Of a stretch of 64,000 bases of DNA, positions 11,182 through 20,468 are shown one piece after another. A program made the position numbers and the translations under genes. The DNA comes from an uncultured Chloroflexia bacterium (GTDB lineage Bacteria > Chloroflexota > Anaerolineae > Anaerolineales > E44-bin32): positions 25,025 to 89,024 of the forward strand of contig CAVUPD010000001.1 of assembly GCA_963743255.1 (NCBI GenBank), written 5' to 3'. Each line of letters begins with the position of its first letter. The stretch's first letter is position 1. The notes beneath the pieces were generated by a model, which was given only the letters and a program-made list of their open reading frames with translations, ran no database searches and was not told the DNA's origin.

Positions 11182-11208
11182 GAGCCCGCCCCGGGCCGGG
11201 GCGGGCTC
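11182..11208. terminator. GC-rich hairpin between convergent genes (bidirectional terminator candidate)
   Basis: GAGCCCGCCCC-GGGCC-GGGGCGGGCTC, an 11-bp perfect stem. It lies 22 nt after the stop at 11160 and 23 nt before the minus-strand stop at 11231. Confidence 0.6.
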
Positions 11209-11230
11209 TCAGTCCCTCAGTTCTTTCCTC

Positions 11231-13343
11231 TTAGTGACGCGGACGCTCGAAGTGCGTCCCATGGCCGTGACCATGGACGGGCGGTCGAGAGTGCGGCTTC
11301 GAGTGCCGGGAGGTGAGCTCGTACGTGTAGTCCGCATAGAAGCTCACGCCCTCCGGCACGTCGAAGGTCACAATCATGACCGCCGAGTCGCACCACTTGA
11401 GGATGCTGCTCAGCTCGATCCAGCCGTCCTCGGTCTCATGATTCAGGCGCAGGCTCTTGATCTTGTACTGGACATTCCTACCTGAGCCCTTCCCCGCCAC
11501 GAAAGTGACGGTGAAATCGTTGTTGACCGGGACGATCTCGGTGATGTCCTCGAAGGGCGCCACGCTCGAGCCATCGGAGATCAGCGCACCATCGACTTTC
11601 ACATTGTCGATGAACCAGCCGGCGCCCGCTGTGGCCCAGTCGGTCACGTAGCGGAAGCCGACCAGGATGCTCTGCCCGGCGTAGGCACTCAGGTCGAAGG
11701 ACATTCCGACCAAGTCCAGGCTGCACTCGAGAGTATCGGGGTCCACAAAGCAACCCGTGAGGCCTGGAAGGTTGGCGACAACCGTCGGGTGGGCGCTGGG
11801 ATCGTGCAGGTCCGTAGTGAATGCGTTGGCCAGGCTCGTCCACGTGTACCCGCCGTCGGTCGACACCTGGACGAAGCCGAAGTCCCAGAACTCCTCGATA
11901 TCATACAGCGTGTCGAAAGTCAGTGTCCCGCCACCGGTGGTCGAGAAGATCGCCCAGTTGTCGATCAGGTCTCCGGTCCCGCCCCACAGCACGTTGCCAT
12001 CGCTCGTCCAGGATGTCGGAAAGGTACTGTAGTTGACCCCGTTGAAGGTCAGGCGAGCGAGGTCTTTCGGCTTTCCTGTCACCCATAAGTAGTCGCTGCC
12101 CCATGGCGGCGCGCCGGGTGCGCTGAACGCCTCCGGATTGGGGGCGCTGGGTGTTCCGACGTTGAGCTTGAAGCTCCTCAACAGGGCATCCTTGAACTGG
12201 TAGCGGCCGCTGCCCGGGTTCTTGCTGTTGATCAGCATGGCCACCGACCAGTCGTGGAACACGTCGGCGAAGGTCGGCTGCTTCTTGACGGTAGCCAGCG
12301 TCGAGTCGATGCCGCTGATGCCGTTGGCCTCGTTGTGGAACAGGGCCTGGATGAACGGCTTGCCGAATTGCTCCATCAGGTAGAACTGGAACAGGTAGGC
12401 CTGTCCGTAATCGGTCAGGATCTCCAGATCGCCCTGGTCTCCCCAGACCACCAGCGAGTTCTCCGGCTTAGCCGCCGCCGCATCGACATGGCCCTGCGCG
12501 GCAACTCCGTAGCCGGTCAGGAATTCCGCCAGGTCCGACATGCCCTCGTTGACGAAGTTCTCCTCGTCCGCGTCGTAGTCGCTATGCAGCAGGTGCTGGT
12601 ACTCGTGGGCGAAGACACCTTCATAGAGGTAGGGCTTGGCAGCGCTCGGCCCCGTGCGGTTCGCCCAGTCGTAGGCGTCGATCGTCATGACATTGCGGTC
12701 GAAGTACGCTTCGTATGTTGGGGAATAGAAGCCGGCGATGTAGAGTGGGTAGGTCGAGTCGAAGTAGTTCTCGTCTCTCACGTTCGAGACCAGCACGACC
12801 TGTCGACCGGCCGAGTCGCTGAAGTAACCAGGTTCGAAGTAACCCCACTCTTCCAAGAGCGAAGCCGACCCATCGTGGGCACCGGGCATCCCGAAGAACG
12901 ACGTCTCCTTCGGGTACATGTTGGTTTCGAACTGCCCGAGCATGTACTGGGCCTGCTCGCAAGTGATTTCCGGCGTGGGACGCGGATCACCGGCGGGCCA
13001 GGCAAGGCTGGTCTGGACCCAGATCTGCGCCAGTGAGCCCTCGGCCACCAGGAAGTAGTTGGTGAACCCGTAGCTTCCCGTGACGCTGTTCAAACGCATC
13101 CATGTCTTGGTGTCAAGAGTGCAGCTCGAGATGGGTGTGCTCGTCGCGGCGACTTCTGCCGCCGCGTCAGCCGGAGTGTCCGCAATCCGATCCTGAGTCG
13201 GTTCCCAACTTCGGATCTCGGGGCCAACATCCACAGGCACGTAGTCCGGCGGCTTGGGCGCCGCCAGCGCAGGCGCCGCGGGGCCAAGTACGCCCACTAG
13301 CATCGCCACACTCATCAACCAAGTTCAACGATCGGACTTTCAT
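11231..13343 (-). CDS. secreted zinc metalloprotease (HEXXH...NEG gluzincin type; frameshift inside the signal peptide)
   Basis: 695-aa ORF containing FAHEYQHLLHSDYDADEENFVNEGMSDLAEF. The likely true start is ATG 13341-13343 after GGAGGAGG (MKVRSLNLV...). It joins MSVAMLVGVLGPAAPALAAP after a 1-nt shift near 13318. I cannot assign the exact MEROPS family. Confidence 0.7.
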
Positions 13344-13772
13344 TGTGCCTCCTCCTCGGAAAGTGACCTCGGTCCTCGAACCGTCCTCATGAGAACCCCT
13401 GCCTGCGAAGCCTCGATCGTCACCTCCTCGTGCGGCCGTGGAGCGCATTCCGCGCTTCGCTATCTGTAGCGTATGCAACCCTCGACCGGCCTACTGGATT
13501 CGCCTTCCGGAACTCCAGCCTGGGCCTTGAATCACAAACGGCAATGCCCAGGCAAGCCGAACAGCCGAAGGCTGTCCGCCCTCAAGATGGCTTAGATGAA
13601 CACACGCAGGCTGCCACTTGAATTCGCACCCGGTCTCCCCGCTCGGAACCGTCCCCTGTGCGTGCGACCACTCTAGCAGAACCGAGACGCGGAATCAACC
13701 ACCAGTCGTGGCTGGCTTTGCTCCGATGCGCAAAGCCGTACGGCTAGGCCATCTGATTGCTCCTAAACGCAC

Positions 13773-13798
13773 AGGCGGCGCCCTTCCGGGCGCCGCCT
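13773..13798 (-). terminator. hairpin downstream of the small membrane-protein gene
   Basis: AGGCGGCGCCC-TTCC-GGGCGCCGCCT, 27 nt after the minus-strand stop at 13825. There is no clear U-tract. Confidence 0.35.
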
Positions 13799-13824
13799 TC
13801 GCACGAGTTCCATCCCGAGTGGGA

Positions 13825-14142
13825 TTACTTCCGCTTTCGGCTCTCTGCCCCCGACACGTCGTCTTCCTTGGATCTCGGCTGCACCATGCCCCAGATCAGC
13901 AGCCCGGCTCCGGCGCCCAGCCCGTATGCTCCCAATGTCGCCCCGCCGACCACCCAGTGGCCCAGAAGTACGAAGCTGGCCAATAGCCCGAGATAGACGG
14001 CCACCAGCAGCTGCCACGCTACCATTTCCTGCTTCACCATGCGGATGGTCAGCCAGCCAACGCCGAGCCCAAACACGAGCGCGCCCAGGAACCTGAACAC
14101 ATACCCCGCGATGTCGAGCACATCCAGAAACGTCATGGCCAT
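13825..14142 (-). CDS. small hypothetical membrane protein (105 aa, about 3 TM)
   Basis: MAMTFLDVLDIAGYVFRFLGALVFGLGVGWLTIRMVKQEMVAWQLLVAVYLGLLASFVLLGHWVVGGATLGAYGLGAGAGLLIWGMV... ATG 14140-14142 follows GAGAGGAGAC. The ORF-track start at 14223 lacks an RBS. Confidence 0.5.
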   Translation of the reverse strand: MAMTFLDVLDIAGYVFRFLGALVFGLGVGWLTIRMVKQEMVAWQLLVAVYLGLLASFVLLGHWVVGGATLGAYGLGAGAGLLIWGMVQPRSKEDDVSGAESRKRK

Positions 14143-14256
14143 GTCTCCTCTCTCCGGCTCCCCCCAGTATACCGGCCCGACCGAGAGAGGCAATAGGAGC
14201 ATAGCTGGACAGGCTCTCCCCACCGTGTTACCATCGCGGAAGCCCGGAGAATCAGT

Positions 14257-14388
14257 ATGGCCGCCAAGCGCACTCGCTCCGCCAACAAACGACCTCGCCG
14301 CCGGATCAACTGGCAGCGCGTGCTGTTCATGTCCCTTGGCCTTCTGGTCGTCCTGGCTTTCGTCCTCAGCATGATCACGAAGGGCTGA
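14257..14388 (+). CDS. 43-aa basic, C-terminally membrane-anchored peptide (hypothetical)
   Basis: Own translation: MAAKRTRSANKRPRRRINWQRVLFMSLGLLVVLAFVLSMITKG-stop. GGAGAATCAGT precedes the ATG. Below the ORF-track size cutoff. A CTGCGGGCCGG...CCGGCCGCAG hairpin follows it. Confidence 0.35.
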   Translation: MAAKRTRSANKRPRRRINWQRVLFMSLGLLVVLAFVLSMITKG

Positions 14389-14442
14389 GCCTGCGGGCCG
14401 GTCTTCGTCCTCCGGCCGCAGATCGATTCATAAGGAGACCCT

Positions 14443-14964
14443 ATGACCAACGAACGTTTTGGGTTGATCCAGTTCGATGGTGTCGACCGGACAGTCATCG
14501 GCCCGGACCTTAAGCCGGGCGATTCGGCGCCCGAATTCGTCGCCGTCGGCAACGACTGGGCCGAGGTACATCCGCTGAAGGCCAGCGCCGGCAAGGTCAT
14601 CGTCCTGGCCGCCGTGCTGTCCCTCGAAACCAGTGTCTGCGACCGGGAGATCCGACGCTTCAACACCGAGGCTTCCAGCCTCGGGCCCGCGGTCCAGATC
14701 TATGTCATCAGCACCGACCTGCCTTTCACATTGAAGCGCTCGTGCGTCGCCTCCGGCATCGACCAGGTGACGACGCTGACTGACCAACTGCACTCCGACT
14801 TCGGCCCACGCTACGGCTGCTGGGTCAAGGAGATGCGGGTCCTTCGCAGGGCGGTGTTCGTCATCGGTCGTGACGGCAAGCTGACCTATGTCGACTACAT
14901 GAAGGTATTCGGCGACGAGCCGCGTTATGACGACGTCCTGGCGGCGGTCAAGAAGGCTCTCTGA
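14443..14964 (+). CDS. tpx: thiol peroxidase (atypical 2-Cys peroxiredoxin, Tpx family)
   Basis: 173 aa intact. VIVLAAVLSLETSVCDREIRRFN (peroxidatic Cys context) and ISTDLPFTLKRSCVASGI (resolving Cys context). AAGGAG RBS. Confidence 0.85.
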   Translation: MTNERFGLIQFDGVDRTVIGPDLKPGDSAPEFVAVGNDWAEVHPLKASAGKVIVLAAVLSLETSVCDREIRRFNTEASSLGPAVQIYVISTDLPFTLKRSCVASGIDQVTTLTDQLHSDFGPRYGCWVKEMRVLRRAVFVIGRDGKLTYVDYMKVFGDEPRYDDVLAAVKKAL

Positions 14965-15287
14965 TTCCCGATCCGGCATGCCCGCCTGCCCACCATCGCC
15001 GGCATCCGGCATGGCTTGCTGCCCGAAGACCGCTGAGCAGTTGCGCGCCAGTACCCGGGTCCTCTTCGTTGAAACCACGCGACAGTTGCGCACGCCAGTA
15101 CTGGGCGCGTCGCCGGCAACTAGCCACCCCTGTGGCACGCGGCTTGCACGGAGACTGCAAGGGGACCGTAAGGTCCAACCCGCGGCGGGCGTGCTATCCT
15201 GTGGTCGTTGAAGGACGTTTCCGCCGCAACCTAGCGCTCTGCCTGAAGCGCAATGCAGGCAATACTTGAGGAAAGGAGGATACGCCG

Positions 15288-15434
15288 ATGTTGTTCGCCC
15301 CGAAGGAACGTGGTCAGGGTCTTGTTGAGTATGCGCTCATCCTCGTCTTGGTCGCCGTGGTCGTGATCGTCATCCTGGCGCTGCTCGGGCCCGCGATCGG
15401 CAATGTTTTCAGCAATATCGTTGGCAACATCTAG
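15288..15434 (+). CDS. flp: Flp/Fap family type IVb pilin, copy 1 (48 aa)
   Basis: MLFAPKERGQG/LVEYALILVLVAVVVIVILALLGPAIGNVFSNIVGNI: short basic leader, G followed by xxEY, then a hydrophobic helix, i.e. the Flp prepilin signature. AAAGGAGG RBS. Below the ORF-track cutoff, translated by hand. Confidence 0.8.
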   Translation: MLFAPKERGQGLVEYALILVLVAVVVIVILALLGPAIGNVFSNIVGNI

Positions 15435-15456
15435 TCCGTGCCGTGATCGTTGATCG

Positions 15457-15490
15457 GGAGCCCCGCCGCAAGGTGGGGCTCCTTGCTTTT
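15457..15490 (+). terminator. intrinsic terminator after flp copy 1
   Basis: GGAGCCCCGCC-GCAA-GGTGGGGCTCC followed by TTGCTTTT. Confidence 0.7.
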
Positions 15491-15758
15491 GAAAGCGGGA
15501 CTCGCGGTGAGGGGGCCACGTCATGCCCTGGCGCCTGTCCAAGATGGTGCAAGCGATGGTACGAAGGTCCTCTCCGATGAAGCCGCCAGGCTTCCCGGCT
15601 TCTGCGCACTCGACGTGCAGACCGAGTGTAAGCCAACCGAAAGGTCGGAGGCGGGGCAGATGTGTTATTCTGTTGCTGGTGGGTTTCAACGACGCTGCAA
15701 ACCTGCGCTCTGCCTGAGGCGCACATCAGGCGAAACTCAACGAAAGGAGGATACACCA

Positions 15759-15905
15759 ATGTTGTTCGCTCCGAAGGAACGTGGTCAGGGTCTTGTTGAG
15801 TATGCGCTCATCCTCGTCTTGGTCGCCGTGGTCGTGATCGTGATTTTGGCGCTGCTCGGGCCCGCGATCGGAAACGTCTTCAGCAATCTGGTTGCCAACA
15901 TCTAG
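15759..15905 (+). CDS. flp: Flp/Fap family type IVb pilin, copy 2 (48 aa)
   Basis: C-terminal 48 codons of ORF 15450..15905: MLFAPKERGQGLVEYALILVLVAVVVIVILALLGPAIGNVFSNLVANI. AAAGGAGG RBS. About 93% nt identity to copy 1, with only 2 aa changes. Confidence 0.8.
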   Translation: MLFAPKERGQGLVEYALILVLVAVVVIVILALLGPAIGNVFSNLVANI

Positions 15906-15934
15906 TCCTGTTCCGCCGGGAGATCCTTCTCCCT

Positions 15935-15975
15935 GAGAAGGAGCCCCACCTTCGGGTGGGGCTCCTTCTCGTTCC
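15935..15975 (+). terminator. intrinsic terminator after flp copy 2
   Basis: GAGAAGGAGCCCCACC-TTCG-GGTGGGGCTCCTTCTC, a 16-bp perfect stem, followed by GTTCC. Confidence 0.65.
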
Positions 15976-15999
15976 AGAGTGAACGCGCGGGCGGAGTGG

Positions 16000-18900
16000 C
16001 TAGCGCGGGAACCGGGTGAGGACCGTCGCCGCGGCCGGCACCGGCGTCCGATCGCCCGTGTGCAGTCGCTTGACCGGCTTCACCGGGTCAGCCGTCGCGC
16101 CCTGATAGACGGCGACCGGGGTCCCCTCGGCCGTCGACTTGCGCTGCAGGTAGGCCTGCCCGAGCAAGTACCCGTCTCGGTCGACGGCGCACGACGTGAC
16201 CGTGCCGATCACCTTGCCGCGCGGATCGACCACCGGGTCGCCGTTGTGGGCCATGCGCACGCCCTTCTCGTTGAAGCGGAAGCGCACCACTTCGCCGTCG
16301 CGGGAGGCCTCCTGTTCCAGGAACGCCTGCCGGCCTATGAACCACGGCTTGTTCGTCTTGCAGTACGAGCCGAAGCCGGCGTGCCCGACACCCAGGCCAA
16401 GGGCGCCAGCCATCTCATGTCCATAGAGCGGCAGCCCTGCTTCGGTGCGGAGGGAATTACGCGCCCCCAGGCCGATCGGTTTGAGCCCCAGCGGCGCCCC
16501 CACCTTGAACAGCGCCTTCCACAATCCCAAGCTCTTCTCCGGGTGGACGAACAGTTCGAACGCCACTCGCTCGCCTGTGTATCCGGTGCGGCTGACCACC
16601 AGATCCATCCCCCCGAAGGTGCCCTCCATCACGCCCGCCCACGGGAGCTTCTTCAGCTTGCGGGCCGTTCCGGCATCGCAGCCCAGCGCCAGCAGGATGT
16701 CGCGGCTCTTGGGTCCTTGCAAGGCGATGTCGACGCGCTGTTCGTCGCCCGCCTTCGGATCGCGCAGGTTGCGAAGCCGGCAGGTGCGGCCGAAGGCCAG
16801 CGCCCACGGGCGGGCATTGTCGATGCGGACCTGCCCGTCCTTGACGGCGTTCAACCAGGCCCAGTCTTTGTCGTCGTTCGAGGCGTTGACCACCACCAGG
16901 TACATCGCTTCCCGGCGACGATAGACCATCGTGTCGTCGATGACCTGCCCGTCCGGGTCGAGGAACTGCGTGTAGAGCGATTCGCCGACGGCCAGCGAGG
17001 CAACATCGTTGGTGACCACGCTGTCGAGGAACGCGCACGCCTGCGAGCCCTCCACCTGGTAGACACCCATATGGCTGACGTCGAACAACCCGGCGGCATT
17101 GCGCGTCGCCAGATGTTCCTCGATGACCGACGTGTACCACACGGGCATGTCCCAGCCAGCGAACGGGACCATCCTGGCGCCCATCTCCCGATGGGTGGCG
17201 TGCAGGGCGGTCTTCTTCGGCTCCCCCTCCGCCGGCTCGACCCACTTGAAGCGCGGCAGGGCGCGGCCTTTCGTCTCCGGCATACCGACGAACCAAGGCT
17301 TGTCGCCCCCTGCGTCGCTCGAGCCTTCGGGGAGCTTGGGGACGGTGCCGGCGAGTGTGACCACCACCGGACCGGGAATGCGCTTCAAGAAATCGGAGGC
17401 ATCGAAGGCGACGAACCCATCCGAGAGATCGCGCAGCCACGTGGCGACGCGCTGGGCGTCCTCCCCGGGAACCGTCAACTGCCACGCCTCCAGCGTACGG
17501 GTGACGACGGCCTTGAGGGGAGCGCCGGCGGCGCTCAGCGTGCAGCGCGCCGAGACGCCCGGTTTCAGGTCCTCCGTTCGAGCGCTGATCCCCCAGCGCA
17601 GCATGTCCTCCGCCAACGGGCCGCGCAGCTCAAGGACGGCGTACTTGCCTCGGGGCGCTGGGTCGTCCGGGTAGGCGAAGTGCGGGTACCCGTGGCTGGT
17701 GGCGCGGAAGTCGATGCCTTTGGATTGCGCCAGGTCACGCACCTTGATCTGCGTGGCGTGCAGCACGTCGAAATCAACCTTGGCGCGCGGCTGCGGCCCC
17801 TTGCGCGCCGACTGCACGTAGGGCACGCAGGCCTTGAGCAACTCAGCGATCCAGGTCCCCAGCGACTCACTCTCGCCGGTAGTGAAGCCCCGCTGCGTGA
17901 TCCACGGGGTCCCCAGGCGTACGCCGGACGGATTGGCGGCGGTCGTGTCGCCCGGGATGGTGTTGCGATTGACGACGATGCCTGCCAGATCGAGGACCCG
18001 GGCCGCAACGTCGCCCGAGAGCGGCGTCCCCAGCGGGCCGGTGACCGACTTACAGTCGACGTTGGTCATGTGCGTGTCGGTGCCGCCGAAGGAGATGCGC
18101 ATCCCGGCGCGTTCGAGGCCGCGGGTCAGCGCGGCGGCGTTGGCGACGATCTGCTTCTGCAGGGCAGCGAACTCCTGGGTGGCCGCGAGTTTGAAAGTCA
18201 ACGCCTGGGCAGCCATCGTGTTGACGTGCGGCCCACCCTGCTCGCCGGGGAAGACGGCCCGGTCGAGCAGCTTGGAGAGCGACTCGAGGTGGGTGACGAT
18301 CGCCGCGCCGCGCGGGCCGCACAGCGACTTGTGCGTGGTGAAAGTGACGACGTGCGCGAGTCCAACCGGGGACGGGTAGGCGCCTCCGGCCACCAGCCCG
18401 GCCACGTGGGCAATATCGGCCAGCAGGTAGGCGCCGACCTCATCGGCGATCGCCCGAAACTTCTTCCAATCCACCGACCAGGGGTAGGAAGAATAGCCGG
18501 CAATGATCATTTTAGGGCGGTGCTCACGGGCAAGCGCGGCCACAGCCTCGTAGTCGATGCGCTCGGTCGCCGGGTCGACCTTGTAGTGCACTGCCTTGTA
18601 CAGCTTGCCCGAGCGGTTGACCGGGGATCCGTGCGTCAGGTGGCCGCCATGCAACAAGCTCATCCCGAGCACGACCGCACCGGGTTCGAGCAACGCGTGG
18701 TACACGGCGTTGTTTGCCGGCGCGCCGGACAGCGGCTGGACGTTGACGAACAGCTCATCGGGCGTCAGCCCGTTGGCGGCGAAAGCCTCGGCGCAACGGC
18801 GGCGGGCCAGCGCCTCGACGATGTCGGCGTACTCCACGCCCTTGTAGTAGCGCGGGTCGGCAAAGCGGCGGTAGCCGGCCAACTGAAGCTCGTAGTCGAG

Positions 18901-19122
18901 GATCTCGGCCTCGGTCTGGGTGCGGGTCGCGTCGTCCGGATAGCCTTCGGCGTAGATATTCTGGAAAGCAGACGACAGCGCCTCGCGCACGGCCAACGGC
19001 GAGCTGCTCTCGGAGGGGATCAGAATCAGTCGGCGGAATTGGCGCTCGGATTCGATCTGTAGCAATTCGTGGAGCGCAGGGTCGAGGTCGGCCAGCCGGC
19101 CGCGTACGAGGAAGTCGGTCAT
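16000..19122 (-). CDS. fusion protein: serine hydroxymethyltransferase (N-terminal) + ~200-aa linker + glycine-cleavage aminomethyltransferase GcvT (C-terminal)
   Basis: Intact ORF 16000..19131. SHMT motifs: LILIPSESSSPLAVREALSSAFQNIYAEGYP and VVTFTTHKSLCGPRGA. GcvT motifs: ALHATHREMGARMVPFAGWDMPVWYTSVIEEHLATRNAAGLFDVSHMGVYQVEG and FIGRQAFL. The likely start is ATG 19120-19122 (MTDFLVRG...), 9 nt after GGGAG, rather than the GTG at 19131. Confidence 0.85.
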   Translation of the reverse strand: MTDFLVRGRLADLDPALHELLQIESERQFRRLILIPSESSSPLAVREALSSAFQNIYAEGYPDDATRTQTEAEILDYELQLAGYRRFADPRYYKGVEYADIVEALARRRCAEAFAANGLTPDELFVNVQPLSGAPANNAVYHALLEPGAVVLGMSLLHGGHLTHGSPVNRSGKLYKAVHYKVDPATERIDYEAVAALAREHRPKMIIAGYSSYPWSVDWKKFRAIADEVGAYLLADIAHVAGLVAGGAYPSPVGLAHVVTFTTHKSLCGPRGAAIVTHLESLSKLLDRAVFPGEQGGPHVNTMAAQALTFKLAATQEFAALQKQIVANAAALTRGLERAGMRISFGGTDTHMTNVDCKSVTGPLGTPLSGDVAARVLDLAGIVVNRNTIPGDTTAANPSGVRLGTPWITQRGFTTGESESLGTWIAELLKACVPYVQSARKGPQPRAKVDFDVLHATQIKVRDLAQSKGIDFRATSHGYPHFAYPDDPAPRGKYAVLELRGPLAEDMLRWGISARTEDLKPGVSARCTLSAAGAPLKAVVTRTLEAWQLTVPGEDAQRVATWLRDLSDGFVAFDASDFLKRIPGPVVVTLAGTVPKLPEGSSDAGGDKPWFVGMPETKGRALPRFKWVEPAEGEPKKTALHATHREMGARMVPFAGWDMPVWYTSVIEEHLATRNAAGLFDVSHMGVYQVEGSQACAFLDSVVTNDVASLAVGESLYTQFLDPDGQVIDDTMVYRRREAMYLVVVNASNDDKDWAWLNAVKDGQVRIDNARPWALAFGRTCRLRNLRDPKAGDEQRVDIALQGPKSRDILLALGCDAGTARKLKKLPWAGVMEGTFGGMDLVVSRTGYTGERVAFELFVHPEKSLGLWKALFKVGAPLGLKPIGLGARNSLRTEAGLPLYGHEMAGALGLGVGHAGFGSYCKTNKPWFIGRQAFLEQEASRDGEVVRFRFNEKGVRMAHNGDPVVDPRGKVIGTVTSCAVDRDGYLLGQAYLQRKSTAEGTPVAVYQGATADPVKPVKRLHTGDRTPVPAAATVLTRFPR

Positions 19123-19176
19123 AGATATCACTCCCGGAGGCTTGGGTCGTGTCCGATCAGGATGTCAGACAACTCG

Positions 19177-19206
19177 ATTGTAGGCCCGCGGGAGGGGGTT
19201 GGTCAA
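19177..19206 (-). promoter_or_regulatory. candidate sigma-70 promoter of the SHMT-GcvT gene
   Basis: Minus strand reads TTGACC (19206-19201), 18 nt spacer, TACAAT (19182-19177). This leaves a ~50-nt 5' UTR. Confidence 0.5.
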
Positions 19207-19426
19207 GCGATACGCGGCATGCAGGGACACATGCCGAAGGGCACGTGGGGATTCGCATGCCTCACCGGCCGCCTGTCTGGATGACTCCATCCGCAGACAG
19301 GCGCGAGGCCGGATCCTTGACCTCTGCTCTCCAGGACCGACCGTATCCTCAAGGGCATGGGGGAGCCGGAAGCCAACCCGCAGACTCCAGGGACACCCCC
19401 AGACCACTTGACGGCGGAAGTGAGGC

Positions 19427-20420
19427 TCACCCTCCCGGCGGATGTGGGTGCCGGACAAAGAACTCCCAGAGCATGAGCGTGGCATCAATGTCGGTTGTCG
19501 TCTCTCCCAGCACCGGTAGGGAGGGCCCGCCCGGCCAGGCATGCCCCATGCCGCCAACAGATACGAGAACGACTTCGGCGGATTGCGCGCAGCCCGCGTA
19601 GCGTTGGGCCGTGATCCCGGACGCAAGGGTTTCGGTAATTGCCGGATGCATGCATCCGTTGCGCTCTGCCCAGCCGGCGGCCCAGATCTCGGGCGACTCA
19701 GGGCCCGGCAGGGCGTCTTCGAGGGAGACATTGAAGACGATGTCCGTCAGCCAAGTCGGTATGGCCGGCAGTAGAGGCTGCCGGTCCATGGGCGATACGA
19801 ACGCCATGACCGGCATCGGGCGGATGGGATGGCAGCCCTGCACAGGATCAGCATCCGACCCGGAGACCATGCCCACCGCGGCAATTCGATCCGCCAGCGC
19901 ACAGGCCAGCAGGTGCGACATGTGGCCGCCATTGGAAAAGCCACTCATGTACACCCGCGCCGGATCGATCGTCCGCCGCGCCGACAGCTCCTCCAGGATA
20001 TCGATGATGAACTGGACATCGTCGACGCCATCGAGTTCTCGCCTGGGGGCCGACGTTCCAGCGCAACGGGAAGGACGAACCTTGCGGGTAGACGACGAGG
20101 AAGCCGTGGTCGGATGCCAGCGTTTCCCAGCGGGCGTTGGCGCGCTGTCCATCTGGATTGGCGCCGAAGCCGTGCAGGCTAAACACCACCGGCACGGCCT
20201 GCGCCCGATCCGAGGCCGGGGGCACGTACACCAGGTAGCACCGTTCCCGGTTGCCGGACAGGATCCCCCGATAGGACAAGCCCTCGCGCAGTTCCCCCCA
20301 CTCTGGTGACCAACAACCCGGAGCAGAGCCGACGTCCCGGCCGGCCAAGGTGGCAACCAAGAAAAGAACGGCGCATCCCGCCAGGATCATCGGCAGACAC
20401 CCGCGGCGCACAGACTTCAT
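19427..20420 (-). CDS. secreted esterase, PHB-depolymerase/LpqC-like alpha/beta hydrolase (1 frameshift near 20040)
   Basis: 19848..20420 frame: MKSVRRGCLPMILAGCAVLFLVATLAG...CYLVYVPPASDRAQAVPVVFSLHGFGANPDGQ. It joins the 19427..20356 frame: DDVQFIIDILEELSARRTIDPARVYMSGFSNGGHMSHLLACALADRIAAVGMVSG (GxSxG nucleophile elbow). Confidence 0.7.
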
Positions 20421-20468
20421 CTCACATCCCTTTCCGGGAGGAGACGCCCGCCGACATGCCCGGTCTGC

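Noticed and set aside
15979-19062. 1027-aa ORF on the + strand.
   Set aside because: It is antisense to the SHMT-GcvT gene. The composition (R/A/G/P-rich, no motifs) is typical of the mirror frame of a high-GC gene.
19207-19426. Possible glycine, THF or ZTP riboswitch upstream of the SHMT-GcvT fusion. The minus strand contains CCTGGAGAG, and the plus strand contains GGGTCGTG and GCCGAAGGGCA.
   Set aside because: Only isolated short motifs are present. The CACCGAAGGGGCAA and CUCUCAGG cores (glycine), the THF-I closing helices and the ZTP CCGCCUGGGC element are all absent on the relevant strand. A good TTGACC-18-TACAAT promoter sits downstream of this stretch (19177-19206), so most of it is not in the mRNA leader. 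It more likely holds the esterase terminator and a degenerate REP.
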